Shown: positions 53,536 to 63,337 of the stretch, piece after piece | Layout of the letters: each line of letters starts with the position of its first letter | Numbering within the stretch: the first letter of the stretch is position 1 | Assembly: GCA_963706955.1 (NCBI GenBank) | Contig: CAVPOC010000004.1 | Location: forward strand, 110,277 to 174,276 | Direction of reading: 5' to 3' | Length of the DNA stretch: 64,000 bases | Origin: an uncultured Verrucomicrobiae bacterium | Lineage (GTDB): Bacteria > Verrucomicrobiota > Verrucomicrobiia > Chthoniobacterales > Terrimicrobiaceae | Translations under genes and position numbers: made by a program | The notes under the pieces: model-generated | The model's input: the letters and a program-made list of their open reading frames with translations, nothing else | Told to the model about the DNA's origin: nothing | Databases searched by the model: none

Positions 53536-54331
53536 ATGATTCGAATTCTGTTCCTGGGCGACATCGTCGGTGAGCCAGGACGCAGTGCGGTCATGCGTTT
53601 AGTGCCAGTTTACCTCAAGGAGCGGAGCGTGGATTTCGTGATTGTCAACGGAGAAAATGCCGCCGGTGGACGAGGCATCACCGGGAAAATAGCCATTGAT
53701 CTGCTCCGGAGCGGAGTGGCCGTGATCACCTCCGGCGATCACATCTGGGACCAGCGCGACACGACTGCCTACATCGCGACGGAACCTCGTTTGCTTCGTC
53801 CAATCAACTATCCTCCCGGCGCACCGGGGCAGGGCAGTCTCGTGCTGGAGACCGCAAAAGGGAAAATCGCTGTCCTCAATGTGCAAGGCCGCACCTTCAT
53901 GCAACCCATCCTGGACAATCCTTTCCACGCCGCTTTGGCCGCGGTGGAGCAACTTCGACAGGAAACTTCGACAATCATCGTCGACATGCATGCCGAGACC
54001 ACCAGCGAGAAAATCGCCATGGGGCGGTTTCTCGACGGCAAAGTTTCCGCGGTCATCGGCACCCACACCCACGTCCAGACGGCCGACGAGCGGATCTTCC
54101 CTGGGGGAACAGCTTTTCTCTGCGACGCGGGCATGTGCGGACCCGACAACTCTTGTCTCGGCCGAGATTACCAGCCGATCATCAAAAGATTCATGGATGG
54201 ATTACCAGGAAGCTTTCCCGTCGCCGCGCGGTCCCGTGAGAATTTGCGGAGCGATTGTCGAAGTGGACGAACTTACCGGCAGAGCTTTGCACATTAGCCG
54301 AGTTAATGAGGCTGTCTTAGACTCGGAATAA
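53536..54331 (+). CDS. ymdB: YmdB/TIGR00282 metallophosphoesterase (frameshift near 3' end)
   Basis: LFLGDIVGEPGR, NGENAAGGRG, LRPINYP, DMHAETTSEK, GTHTHVQTADE, DAGMCG. Confidence 0.92.
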
Positions 54332-54444
54332 GCAAACACGAATTCGCGAACCTCCAGGGCTACTCACTCATCGAGTTTCCGCGCGAACAAACAACGGGAA
54401 GGGCATTCCGGAGAGCCTCCCTTCGATGGGCTGCCTAGAAAAGC

Positions 54445-54474
54445 AAAAAGCCCCGACGGTCATCGGGGCTTCTT
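54445..54474. terminator. Bidirectional rho-independent terminator
   Basis: AAAAAGCCCCGA-CGGTCA-TCGGGGCTTCTT; 9-bp stem with A-tract and T-rich flanks. Confidence 0.8.
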
Positions 54475-54538
54475 GAACGAGACCTTGTTCTTAACTAGGC
54501 TGCGTTTCGCAAAACATCGGTGCGGTTTTCGGATATCT

Positions 54539-54830
54539 TAAGCGTCACGCCAAGCGCCTTATTGCCGCGACTCTGACGCTTATGATCCGGGCCATGCAGC
54601 GGTTGCCGTCGCAGAGGACCGACAATTTTTCGCCCAGGCCTCAGGAGTTACATGTTTGACCTGGCAGTTGGTCATCGACGGAACCTTGTGAACACGGCAC
54701 GCAGGTAAGCGTAAGGATTCGATGTCGCGGCAGCGGCAACTTTCGGTAATGGCATAGAGTATAGTGCTGGCCGCTATCGCACCGCTGTGCTCCACTTCCT
54801 TGCGCCGCTTCCGTAGCCAATACATCAGCG
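54539..54830 (-). mobile_element. IS66-family remnant (transposase C-terminus and probable right end)
   Basis: Degenerate ILYAITESCR...PSMTNCQVKHVTPEAWAK resembles the IS66 TnpC C-terminal element; followed by GTGACGCTTA, similar to IS66 ends (GACGCTTAC). Confidence 0.65.
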
Positions 54831-55663
54831 TGAATGCCGGAGCCCCGCAAACTCGCAAACTGCGCTCCAGTCCCCGCTGCGGTCATACTCGGCAAGCAGC
54901 GCCTACCGCTCGTCCGGCGGCACTTCATCAACCTTTAAAATCTCTGCTCCTATTTAGTAGTGGCGATCGGCATGACGCTTACGCGTCTTCGCCAGGCGCG
55001 ACCCGTGCATCATGCGCACGTGCAAAGATTGTCGAGACCAGAGGCAACGCTCTCCCACTGGCACGGGCACATGAGCGTAATGCGCGTCCAGCGGGTGCGG
55101 ACACGGACTGAACATCGTGACGCTCCAGTGCCTCGACGAAGCGTTCGCCATGGAGTGCGCCTGATAGCTCGAACCGATCTTGCTCCCGCTCGGAAGGTAC
55201 AGGGAAATGAACCTTCATCTTACGAACCTCAAGGCTGTCGACGCGGAAGGTCCGCGCCCTTCGGCGCAGCAGTCCTGAGGTTTGTGCAGATAGTCAGCTC
55301 GTTCGATTGCTCGCGTTCAAAGGCGAAAGAAGACATCGCCTGTTCGAAGGCTGCGTCGCACTCCTCACCGTGAAGTTCGATGCAGAGGGAGCGAATCCGG
55401 GCGAGCCAGCGCTCGCAGCCCGCTCCGAACACCAAACGCTCCGCCCTTTCGATATCCATCTTTAGCAAGTCCATCGCCTGCACCCGGAGTCATCGAGCAT
55501 GCGACTCAGGGTAATGCCTTCGATATCCGCCTTCCCGGTCCGCCGCCGCACTCACCGTTGCGACCAATCGAGACCGTCCGCGAATGAGCCACGGACGCAG
55601 CGCAGCGCTTCGCCCTCGCGCGGCCAAACAGCGGCGGTGCCATGACCCCGGAGGTGAGACACT

Positions 55664-56632
55664 TCATAACTGAAGTTCTGCGGGTTCGTTAGTGTTTTGC
55701 TTTTCGTTAGTTTGCCACCTTGTGGCGTTGATCCTTAGTTCCCCCCGAACGCCTGCCGCGGCGAGCGGCGCGGGGTTTGGGGGCGCGCAGCCCCCATCAA
55801 ACCGGTTCATTTGGGTCCCGGCATACTCGTTCGGGGTCCGGTAGCCAAGCGCGCTGTGCGGACGACGTTCATTGTATTCGACACGCCAGCTCTCCAGGAT
55901 AACGCGCACTTCGCGCAGATTGCCGAAGAGCTCGCGGTTGAGGCATTCATCGCGCAGCTTGTCATGAAAGCTCTCAATGTGTCCGTTCTCCCAGGGGCTT
56001 CCGGGCCTGATGTAAAGCGTCTTTATCTCCTGGGCCTTCAGCCAGTCCTGCATGCAGGTGGCGATAAATTCTGGCCCGTTGTCGCTGCGCAGGTGCTCGG
56101 GCGCCCCATAACGGGCGATGGCCGCTTCGACCACTGTAATGACATCGACGGCTCGGATCGACGACGCAGGATGAATGGCTAGGCATTGCCGGGTGTATTC
56201 GTCCAGCAATGTAAGGATGCGAAAACAGCTTCCATTTTCAGTCTGGTCGGTCACAAAGTCCCAGCTCCAGACCTGGCCCGGACTCTCAGCGCGCTGCCGC
56301 TCTGCGGTCGAAATCCCTAGCCGCCTCATGCGGCGTTGCTTCTTGCTGACCTTGATGCCTTCCTCTCTGCGAATCCGCGCCACTCGTTTCGCATTGACCT
56401 CGAAGCCTTCCCGCCGCATCAGCGCGGTAATGCGTCGATAGCCATAGCGAGGATGCTTACCGCTTAGCTCGAGCACCTCCTTGCGGATGCGCCGGCTCTC
56501 CAGGCTCGATCGCCCGCTGCGGTAGTAACTAGACCTCGCCAGTCTCAACGCCCGACAGGCCGCTGCCACTCTCCCCAGACCTTCTTGCACACTCATCTTC
56601 ACAGCCCGTCGTCTTGCAGACGGGCTCACCAC
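55664..56632 (-). CDS. IS3 transposase OrfB (DDE)
   Basis: YGYRRI, WSWDF, SDNGPEF, PGSPWENGHIESF, YNERRPHSALGY. Confidence 0.95.
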   Translation of the reverse strand: MVSPSARRRAVKMSVQEGLGRVAAACRALRLARSSYYRSGRSSLESRRIRKEVLELSGKHPRYGYRRITALMRREGFEVNAKRVARIRREEGIKVSKKQRRMRRLGISTAERQRAESPGQVWSWDFVTDQTENGSCFRILTLLDEYTRQCLAIHPASSIRAVDVITVVEAAIARYGAPEHLRSDNGPEFIATCMQDWLKAQEIKTLYIRPGSPWENGHIESFHDKLRDECLNRELFGNLREVRVILESWRVEYNERRPHSALGYRTPNEYAGTQMNRFDGGCAPPNPAPLAAAGVRGELRINATRWQTNEKQNTNEPAELQL

Positions 56633-56892
56633 TTTTTTGCATTGACCTCTTTGAGGATGTGAATCTGCACGGCCTGGTCAGCCACCAGACGCTTAAGCCG
56701 CGAGTTCTCTTCTTCCAACGCTCTGAGCCTCTTGGCTTCGCTGACTTCCATCCCTCCGAACTTTCGCTTCCACGCATGGTAGGTCGCCGTACTGATGTTA
56801 TGCGCCGCGCAGACCGCCTTTACCGGGCTCCCGGCCTCCGCTTCTCGCAATATCCCAATGATCTGTTCCTCGCTGAATCGACTTCTCTTCAT
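56626..56892 (-). CDS. IS3 transposase OrfA (HTH)
   Basis: MKRSRFSEEQIIGIL...WKRKFGGMEVSEAKRLRALEEENSRLKRLVAD. Confidence 0.95.
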   Translation of the reverse strand: MKRSRFSEEQIIGILREAEAGSPVKAVCAAHNISTATYHAWKRKFGGMEVSEAKRLRALEEENSRLKRLVADQAVQIHILKEVNAKKW

Positions 56893-57926
56893 GTTCTGCT
56901 CCTTCTCTCAAGCAGAACTTCAGTTATGTCACGTCCCCCTTTTGGGGGTCAGGCCAGCACGAACCGCCGCGCTCGCGCGCCATAAGGAGCGAGGTTTTTC
57001 TCGAGCACCGCAAAATTGTCCGCATCTGGCTCGATGGCGATTAGCGTCGCACTGGGATAATAGCTGAGCAGGCAGGCCGCCGACGCGCCGATATTCGCGC
57101 CACAATCCACGATGAGTCGCAAGGCGCCCAGTCGGCTCACCGGTTCGTGCTCGCGAGCCACAAGCGTCTGCCGAATGGTGTAAACGTCGCTGCTGAAATA
57201 GCGAAAGATGAGCGGATGCGCGAGTGCCGGAACGCGGAGTTCGCCACGCCACTCGCGACGCCGAAAGCCAAAGTCCCTCATCAGGATAGTCAGCCCTTGC
57301 GCCACGAGGAGTTTGCACGCCCCACCCAGTCCGAGCTGACTCGCGTCTGCGCGGAAATGCCGCAGCAGAAGGGGCTTCCTGAACAAGGGCTTGCTCTTAA
57401 CTATTGGCACTTAGCAAGCGAGCCTCTCTGCATCTCTGCATACATCTGTGTGAAGCTGGCCGAGCTTGAAAAGAGAGCTACTGACTTTCGCCGACAGCTT
57501 TGCGGACTTAACTGCATGTTGAGCCGAAACGCGTCTTTGCGCAAAGACAGTCGAGCAGACCGCCATGCTCTCTCTGGCAAGCTACAGCCAGTACAGGCTA
57601 GCGTCAGGCAAGCTTTTGGCCGTGCAGATTTGCTCTGCGAGAAGGTCAATTAAGTTGTGGATGCGCAGGAATGGTGACGTTGGCAAATCGAGACCATCGG
57701 CAAGGCGGCAGCCGACTCGAAGAGCGTCGTGGACTTCTCCCTTGTTCGCAGCATCTCCGCGTTCCGCCGACTGAGCTTGTAACCAATACGCGGGCGATGC
57801 TCCAAAAGTTTGAGTTTGTGTACGAGGTGAACCATTACCCAAAGTTCCGTGTGTCCACAAACCGGTCTCAACACTCACCCGGGGAACACAATCCACTCGG
57901 CCCGCGAGGGTCGTGTTCAAGAACTT

Positions 57927-58964
57927 CAGGGTTGCTTTACGGCGACACGCTTCCTTGGCGCAACTGAACGTTCGCAATAGTTGCCAGACACGTGCCATCC
58001 GGTGGGCATTTCAATATCGTCTTCGTCGAATCCTCTTGCATCGCCAATTATCCAGGGCTCCCGCCCTTTTGCCTCATCTTACTCACGAGCAAGATATTCG
58101 CCAGTAATTCCGAGCAGAAGCATTTGCATTCCCCCTGCCAACAAGACCATGCAAAATAGGCTTGTCCAGCCTAGAACATTGGCGGGGCGCATTCCCCAGA
58201 CAACCATTCCACTGGCCCACCAGAAGAGCACAAAAAGGACGAGTAGGGCTGCGGAGAGTACAAAGGCCGATTCCCAACCAACTGGCAATTCGCAATGGGA
58301 CATTGCTAAATGAAACGATTCCGTCAAGAGCAAGAGCAAATAGCCGCGCCCAGGTGTATTTGGTCGTGCCCTTGCCGCGAGCAGGGCGTTCGTAGGTGAT
58401 GCCAGTCTGGCGAAAACCTGCCCATGTTCTCAGACCACGCATGAAGCGGGTTCGTTCGGGTTGAGAACGCAATACCTCAACTACAGCATGAATCTATCAC
58501 GCAAAAGTCCCCAGAGTCCAAGGGGATCCGGATGGCAGATAAAACTCGCAGGACCCTGTAGAACGCGCATTAGACCGAACGTTTGAGGAGGCTCTCTTTC
58601 CGCAGTATGCGAATCGCATAGACGACCTGGTAGCCATCACGCCAGGCGTCTAGCAAACGATGCAGCTCCTCGGGTGGATCCTGGAGGTCTCCGTCCATGA
58701 CAGCGACGGCGTCACCGCAAGAGTAGTGCAATCCCGCCGAGACCGCCGCCTGATGGCCAAAGTTACGCGAGAAGAATAACAGCTTCCAACGAGGATCCTG
58801 GAATGAACGTCGAGGAGCATAGACCGCGTGCGGTCGGTCGAACCATCATCGACGACGATCACCTCGTAAAGGTCTGGAATGGAGTCTAGTGCTCGAGAAA
58901 GGCGGGCATACAGATCGGAGAGAACCTGCTCTTCATTGTAAACTGGGATAACTACGGAAATCAT
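57927..58964 (-). pseudogene. GT2 glycosyltransferase (ArnC/GtrB-like), disrupted
   Basis: [59 protein letters not shown]; several frameshifts plus in-frame stops. Confidence 0.85.
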
Positions 58965-59361
58965 AGATCTGATCCGCGTGATAATTGTGGGCTAAGGATG
59001 GCGCCTGACGGCGAGGCAGCGACGTCTGAATAGTCAAACCGATACATACCCAGACCTCTTGTATGAAGAAATCCGGACTTTTCTGCGGGCTTCAAATTGA
59101 TGTGACGCCCAAGGCCCTGCGCGATGATATACTTGCGTGTTCGCTGAGACCTTAGATCAATGACGTCAATGTAACCCCCGTAGTAGTTCGCTGCGAAGAT
59201 CAGGTCGTTCTTGCTGTCGACCGCAAACGAGCGGATGCCCGGACGGGTCCGAATGGTGGGGCCCCACGCGCGCACTTGAACATCGTAGGAAAAAATATCG
59301 CCCCAGAAGGTGGCAATATAGAGCTTGTGAGAACGCTCGTCATATTGGGTCCAAGTGGTAG
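58961..59361 (-). pseudogene. 3' fragment of a beta-propeller-like protein truncated by IS3 copy 2
   Basis: YDERSHKLYIATFWGDIFSYDV / FAVDSKNDLIFAANYYGGYIDVIDL blades; reading frame begins at the IS end; ATGA overlap with GT2. Confidence 0.65.
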
Positions 59362-59425
59362 TGGCCTGACCCCCAAAAGGGGGACGTGACATAACTGAAG
59401 TTCTGCTTGAGAGAAGGAGCAGAAC

Positions 59426-59692
59426 ATGAAGAGAAGTCGATTCAGCGAGGAACAGATCATTGGGATATCACGAGAAGCGGAGGCCGGGAGCCCGGTAAAG
59501 GCGGTCTGCGCGGCGCATAACATCAGTACGGCGACCTACCATGCGTGGAAGCGAAAGTTCGGAGGGATGGAAGTCAGCGAAGCCAAGAGGCTCAGAGCGT
59601 TGGAAGAAGAGAACTCGCGGCTTAAGCGTCTGGTGGCTGACCAGGCCGTGCAGATTCACATCCTCAAAGAGGTCAATGCAAAAAAGTGGTGA
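59426..59692 (+). CDS. IS3 transposase OrfA (copy 2)
   Basis: Identical to copy 1 OrfA except one L to S change. Confidence 0.93.
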   Translation: MKRSRFSEEQIIGISREAEAGSPVKAVCAAHNISTATYHAWKRKFGGMEVSEAKRLRALEEENSRLKRLVADQAVQIHILKEVNAKKW

Positions 59693-59788
59693 GCCCGTCT
59701 GCAAGACGACGGGCTGTGAAGATGAGTGTGCAAGAAGGTCTGGGGAGAGTGGCCGCGGCCTGTCGGGCGTTGAGACTGGCGAGGTCTA

Positions 59789-60900
59789 GTGCAGTGTAAC
59801 ATTGATATAAGATACGCGAGGTGTCAGAGTCAATGAGTGAACAACAAGAAAGTTGTGATTAGTCCGCCTGAACGCAGAGAACTGAGCCGGCGGGTTCGGT
59901 CTCGAACGATTGGAGCCGAGGATGCCCGACGCGCTCAAGTTATTCTTGCGCTGGGCTCGGGGCTTGGAGTGCGTGCGGTAGCCGGCATGCTTAGGTGTAG
60001 TTCCTCTTATGTGCAGCGCTGGAGAGAGCGTTTTCTGGCAAGCCGTCTGGCGGGACTGGTGGCCCGTCATCAAGGTCGCAAAGTGCGGCCCGATGCCGCG
60101 AAGCTTGAGGCACGCATTTTGGAGTGGACCCGTCGTGGCCCTCAGGACGGAACCACCCACTGGAGCAGCCGTCGGTTGGCCGTCGCGCTTGGCACCAATC
60201 ACATGACCGTTTCGCGGGTTTGGGCTCGGCACGGCCTTCAACCTTACCGGTTGCGCCGTTACATGCTGAGCGAGGATCCCGACTTCGAGAAGAAGGCCGC
60301 CGACATTATCGGCCTTTATCTGAACCCTCCTGATCACGCCGCCGTCTTTTGCGTAGACGAAAAGACTGCAATCCAAGCCCTGGACCGCCTGGATCCGGTG
60401 CTGCCCCTTTCTCCCGGCAGAGCCGAGGCTCACGGTTTTGAGTATTACCGCCATGGAACCCTTTCTCTTTACGCGGCCCTTAATACCCGAAGCGGAGAAA
60501 TCCTTGGCAAGACGGCTCAACGCCATACCAGCACCGAGTTCGTCGACTTTCTTGCCCAAGTGGTGGCCTCTCAGCCCCTCGGACGCCAGATCTACGTCAT
60601 CGCTGATAATCTCTCGGCCCATAAAACCAAACTCGTCGATGACTTTCTGGCCCATCATCCCCAAGTCCGCATTCATTTTACGCCCACCTATTCTTCTTGG
60701 CTTAACCAAGTCGAAATCTGGTTCGCCAAAATTCAAAGACAGGTCATCGCCCGAGGCATCTTTTCCTCCGTCGACGATCTCCGAAGAAAAATCCTGCGTT
60801 ACATCCGGCATTACAACAAAACTGCTACTCCCATCAAATGGACTTACTCTTCGCCCGCCAAACGAATCAATGCGTAGCTCGTTCATCTGTTACGCTGCAC
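59789..60900 (+). mobile_element. IS630-family element, 1112 bp
   Basis: IRs GTGCAGTGTAACA / TGTTACGCTGCAC, TA duplicated at 59787-88 and 60901-02; empty site GGTCTAGTTAC visible in IS3 copy 1. Confidence 0.96.
59837..60877 (+). CDS. IS630 transposase
   Basis: THWSSRRLA, CVDEKTAIQALDR, YYRHGT, ADNLSAHK, TPTYSSWLNQVEIWF. Confidence 0.96.
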   Translation: MNNKKVVISPPERRELSRRVRSRTIGAEDARRAQVILALGSGLGVRAVAGMLRCSSSYVQRWRERFLASRLAGLVARHQGRKVRPDAAKLEARILEWTRRGPQDGTTHWSSRRLAVALGTNHMTVSRVWARHGLQPYRLRRYMLSEDPDFEKKAADIIGLYLNPPDHAAVFCVDEKTAIQALDRLDPVLPLSPGRAEAHGFEYYRHGTLSLYAALNTRSGEILGKTAQRHTSTEFVDFLAQVVASQPLGRQIYVIADNLSAHKTKLVDDFLAHHPQVRIHFTPTYSSWLNQVEIWFAKIQRQVIARGIFSSVDDLRRKILRYIRHYNKTATPIKWTYSSPAKRINA

Positions 60901-60955
60901 TAGTTACTACCGCAGCGGGCGATCGAGCCTGGAGAGCCGGCGCATCCGCAAGGAG

Positions 60956-61768
60956 GTGCTCGAGCTAAGCGGTAAGCATCCTCGCTATGGCTATCGACGC
61001 ATTACCGCGCTGATGCGGCGGGAAGGCTTCGAGGTCAATGCGAAACGAGTGGCGCGGATTCGCAGAGAGGAAGGCATCAAGGTCAGCAAGAAGCAACGCC
61101 GCATGAGGCGGCTAGGGATTTCGACCGCAGAGCGGCAGCGCGCTGAGAGTCCGGGCCAGGTCTGGAGCTGGGACTTTGTGACCGACCAGACTGAAAATGG
61201 AAGCTGTTTTCGCATCCTTACATTGCTGGACGAATACACCCGGCAATGCCTAGCCATTCATCCTGCGTCGTCGATCCGAGCCGTCGATGTCATTACAGTG
61301 GTCGAAGCGGCCATCGCCCGTTATGGGGTGCCCGAGCACCTGCGCAGCGACAACGGGCCAGAATTTATCGCCACCTGCATACAGGACTGGCTGAAGGCCC
61401 AGGAGATAAAGACGCTTTACATCAGGCCCGGAAGCCCCTGGGAGAACGGACACATTGAGAGCTTTCATGACAAGCTGCGCGATGAATGCCTCAACCGCGA
61501 GCTCTTCGGCAATCTGCGCGAAGTGCGCGTTATCCTGGAGAGCTGGCGTGTCGAATACAATGAACGTCGTCCGCACAGCGCGCTTGGCTACCGGACCCCG
61601 AACGAGTATGCCGGGACCCAAATGAACCGGTTTGATGGGGGCTGCGCGCCCCCAAACCCCGCGCCGCTCGCCGCGGCAGGCGTTCGGGGGGAACTAAGGA
61701 TCAACGCCACAAGGTGGCAAACTAACGAAAAGCAAAACACTAACGAACCCGCAGAACCTCAGTTATGA
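60956..61768 (+). pseudogene. IS3 OrfB 3' portion (cut by IS630)
   Basis: Matches copy 1 OrfB with three amino-acid changes (A/V, M/I, L/P). Confidence 0.9.
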
Positions 61769-61876
61769 AGTGTCTCACCTCCGGGGTCATGGTACTCCTA
61801 ATCGACAACCGGAATAATGTATCGATACATTAGCGATATCTTTTCGTATAAAGTTGAATTCCTAAGAATTGGTCCA

Positions 61877-63091
61877 CTAGAGTTGGCGAAGGTGCCTGAT
61901 GCTGCTAGGTCCGGTGATTCTCAATGGATGTGAAAGTATCGACTTAATCAATATCGTCCGATAATCTTTTGAAGATAGTATGCATACCACCCAGTACATA
62001 CCCGGCCGGATAGGGACGGATGGTATTTCGATATTTATCGTCACGGAACTTTCCGCGGGAATGTCATAGAACGTGGAATGCATTGCGGAATTCCATTCTC
62101 CAGCGACGTCGGTCCGAGCATCCTGAATGAGAACTCGCACAATCAGTTCCCAGTAGGCAACGGTTGATACGCACTGCAGGAGCAATTGCAGAGAAGAGCC
62201 GAATTCTACGGTATCCGCTACAGTGAATTTCCCTTTTCGAAGGGTGGAATTGACATAGTTTTCTTGGGGCTGCGATTGGCCGGCCGCATCGATTTCATAT
62301 CGTTCGAAGGCTGTACTTACTTGGCCAAAGTAAACGGATCTTCCACGACTTAGGTACAATGCGTGATTGCATAGACCCCTCACTTCATGGCCCTGGTGGC
62401 TTACAAAAACCACCGCCGCTTTGCGCATCAGGGAGCCAATTCGTTCAAAGCATTTCTGGCGAAACGCGAAATCGCCAACCGCGAGGACTTCATCCAAAAG
62501 CAGGATGTCCGGATTTAGGCTGCTAGCTACGGCAAATCCCAGCCGTACCGCCATGCCGGAGCTGTAACTTTGCACGGGCGAGTCTATAAACTCGCGGATT
62601 TCAGAAAAATCGATGATTTCATCGAGATTGTCTTCAATCTCTTTTTTCGAGAGGCCCAATATTGAGCCATTGACATAGATATTTTCCCGACCGGTGAGGA
62701 TGGGATTAAAACCGGCGCCCAAGGCGATCAGTCCTCCCACTCGGCCGTGCATCTCGATTCGGCCGTTGTCGGGCTTGATAAGACCGTTGAGCATTTTGAG
62801 GAGCGTGGTCTTGCCCGCTCCATTTGGACCGATGAGACCGAGGCATTCCCCGCGTCGTAATTCAAAGGAGACGTTCTTCACCGCCCAGAATTCTTCTTTC
62901 CGAAGGATCGGTTCACTGTTTTCACCATAGTTCCGTTTGCTCAGGGGCAGGATGTCAAAGAGAGAATCGAGGAGGCCATAATGGAGTGAGCGCTTGAGGG
63001 AACGACAGAAGATCTTGGATACGCCTTGGACTCGGACAAGGACCTCGTTTGATGAGGGTTCTTCGTTTTTCGTTCTTTGTTCTTCGTTCAT
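61877..63091 (-). CDS. wzt: Polysaccharide ABC transporter ATP-binding protein with Wzt C-terminal domain
   Basis: FWAVKNVSFEL, GPNGAGKTT, LGAGFNPILTGRENI, YSSGMAVRLGF, LLDEVLAVGD; start taken at ATG 63091. Confidence 0.92.
   Translation of the reverse strand: MNEEQRTKNEEPSSNEVLVRVQGVSKIFCRSLKRSLHYGLLDSLFDILPLSKRNYGENSEPILRKEEFWAVKNVSFELRRGECLGLIGPNGAGKTTLLKMLNGLIKPDNGRIEMHGRVGGLIALGAGFNPILTGRENIYVNGSILGLSKKEIEDNLDEIIDFSEIREFIDSPVQSYSSGMAVRLGFAVASSLNPDILLLDEVLAVGDFAFRQKCFERIGSLMRKAAVVFVSHQGHEVRGLCNHALYLSRGRSVYFGQVSTAFERYEIDAAGQSQPQENYVNSTLRKGKFTVADTVEFGSSLQLLLQCVSTVAYWELIVRVLIQDARTDVAGEWNSAMHSTFYDIPAESSVTINIEIPSVPIRPGMYWVVCILSSKDYRTILIKSILSHPLRITGPSSIRHLRQL
63056..63090 (-). repeat. Five imperfect tandem heptamers at the wzt start
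   Basis: Minus strand TGAACGA AGAACAA AGAACGA AAAACGA AGAACCC. Confidence 0.75.
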
Positions 63092-63337
63092 TTGCGCCTT
63101 GCGCTCCGAAGAAGATAGGCAATAAACCCCGATCTTTGCTTTTGCATCATCCGCCGAATCGCACAGCATGTTGAATTCGTCTTGATTAATATAAGTTTGG
63201 TCCGGGGCGGGTTGAGGGCTCAAGGCGTGAGTGGATGGCGCATTTATATCAGCCGCGCAAATAGCGCGCTCCTCCATCGAGAAGGATGGTAACATGTAAA
63301 CCATTTCCTCGATACACCCTCTGCTTCGAGAAACAGA

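Larger units (their letters stand above)
55638..56956 (-). mobile_element. IS3-family element copy 1 (IS407-like), intact, 1319 bp
   Basis: TG..CA ends; IRL TGGCCTGACCCC...CATAACTGAAGTTCTGC and IRR (reverse complement) TGCCATGACCCC...CATAACTGAAGTTCTGC; orfA/orfB overlap at GCAAAAAAGTGGTGA. Confidence 0.95.
55229..57410 (-). pseudogene. FkbM family methyltransferase split by IS3
   Basis: N-half 56957..57410 (IVDCGANIG, AIEPDADNF); C-half 55229..55637 (AAVWP...DLLKMDIERAE...IELHG, with frameshifts). Confidence 0.85.
59362..61794 (+). mobile_element. IS3-family element copy 2, interrupted by IS630
   Basis: Near-identical to copy 1 in inverted orientation; right end reads GGTA instead of GGCA; orfB split at CTAG (59786-59789). 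Confidence 0.95.

Noticed and set aside
54444..54516. tracrRNA-like text on the minus strand (AGTTAAGAACAAGG...terminator) and a tmRNA-tag-like ending NAA*
   Set aside because: No CRISPR repeat, anti-repeat, Cas9/IscB gene or tRNA-like ends in the window; similarity is short and superficial.
56957..59361. Segment already inverted between the IS3 copies
   Set aside because: Both FkbM halves and all internal genes keep the minus-strand orientation of the locus, and flanks show no swapped duplications.
61877..63304. 475-aa Wzt with long N-terminal extension
   Set aside because: The first ~70 aa look like a remnant of a separate gene; Wzt-like sequence starts after ATG 63091.
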